From assembly GCF_004010195.1 (NCBI RefSeq), contig NC_057739.1:45606229-45670228 (forward strand): DNA of 64,000 nt. The letters run 5' to 3'. Under the pieces are notes generated by a model, which was not told the DNA's origin, ran no database searches, and was given only the letters and a program-made list of their open reading frames with translations. Positions within the stretch are counted from its first letter, which is position 1. Each line of letters opens with the position of its first letter. This document shows, in pieces, positions 63,011 through 64,000 of this stretch. Origin of the DNA: Chiloscyllium plagiosum (lineage: Eukaryota). The translations under genes were made by a program, and so were the position numbers.

Positions 63011-63636
63011 CATAGAACTGTACAGCACAGGAAAGGCCCTTCGGCCCATAATGTTGTGCTGAACATGACACCAAATTAAACCAATCCCTTCTGCCTGCCA
63101 ACGGTCCATGTCCCTCCATTCCTTTCATTTTTATGGGCTATCTAAAAGTCTCATAAACAGCCCTGCCTCCACCACTACTCCTGGCAACGTGTTCCAGACT
63201 CCTAATACTCGCTGCCCCTCACATTTCCTTCAAACTTTCCCCCTCTCACCTTAAATGCATGCCCCCTAGTTTTACACATTTCAACTCTGGGAAAAAGATT
63301 CTGACCATCAACCCTATCTATGCAGCTCATGATTCTATAAACATCGATCAAGTCTCTCCTCAGCTTTCATTGCCTCAGAGAAAGCAACCTGAGTTTTTCT
63401 AGCCTCTCCTTATAGCTCATACCCTCTACTCCAAGTAGCATCCTGGTAAAACTCTTCTGCACTCTGTCCAAAGCTTCCACATCCTTCCTGTAATATGGCA
63501 ATCGGAATTGAACATAATACTCTAAGTAAGGTCTAGCCAAAGTCTCATAAAGCAACAACATGACGTCCTGACTCTTGTACTCAATTCCCTGACCAATAAA
63601 GGCAAGCATGCCAAATGCTTTACCACCCTATCTACT
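63010..63636 (-). mobile_element. CR1 LINE 3' fragment
   Basis: LARPYLEYYVQFRLPYYRKDVEALDRVQKSFTRML. Confidence 0.88.
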
Positions 63637-63637
63637 T

Positions 63638-64000
63638 AAAAATGTGTTGCTGGAAAAGCACAGCAGGTCAGGCAGCATCAAAGGAGAAGGAGAATCGATG
63701 TTTCGGCATAAGCCCTTCTTCAGGAATGAGGAGGGTGTGCCAAGCAGGCTAAGATAAAAGGTAGTGAGGAGGGACTTGGGGGAGGGGCGTTGGGAATACG
63801 ATAGGTGGAAGGAGGTTAAGGTGAGGGTGATAGGCCGGAGAGGGGGTGGGGGCGGAGAGGTCAGGAAGAAGATTGCAGGTCAAGAAGGCGGCGCTGAGTC
63901 TGAGGGTTGGGTCTCAGAAAAGGTCGGGGGAGGGGAAATGAGAAAGCTGGAGAAATCTGTATTCATTCCTTGTGGCTGGAGGGTTGCTAGGCGGAAGATG
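63638..64000 (-). mobile_element. 3' end of a longer Penelope-like element, source family of the palindromic mini elements
   Basis: The mini-element sequence (aaaatgtgttgctggaaaagc...cccttcttcaggaatgag) continues into a longer body that runs off the window. Confidence 0.75.

Overview
This is vertebrate genomic DNA, not prokaryotic. The repeat content (HE1/V-SINEs, abundant CR1 LINEs, Penelope-like elements, DeuSINE remnants) points to a cartilaginous fish, probably a shark. Most entries in the ORF track are spurious or transposon-derived. Three intron-containing genes were assembled by hand from GT-AG splice sites with consistent phases. (1) The last 8 coding exons of an armadillo-repeat-like gene on +, called STKLD1 from synteny (4259-18859). 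(2) A complete REXO4 DEDDh exonuclease on -, with 8 coding exons (41605-21890, 422 aa). (3) The first 3 exons of a secreted protein on +, most likely ADAMTS13 (55734-60093, continuing past the window). The STKLD1>/<REXO4/ADAMTS13> order matches the human locus. A CpG-rich promoter at about 45.2-45.45 kb carries ETS, E-box, CCAAT and RFX X-box motifs. The most striking non-genic signal is a set of at least 10 Penelope-derived insertions of 90 bp to 1.7 kb. Many are fold-back palindromes flanked by 7-18 bp target-site duplications, and several carry minimal hammerhead-ribozyme cores (CTGANGA-stem-GAAA-NN-TH). Also seen: two templated insertions, three minisatellite families, a Tigger-like MITE and a 280-N assembly gap. 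No database searches were run.
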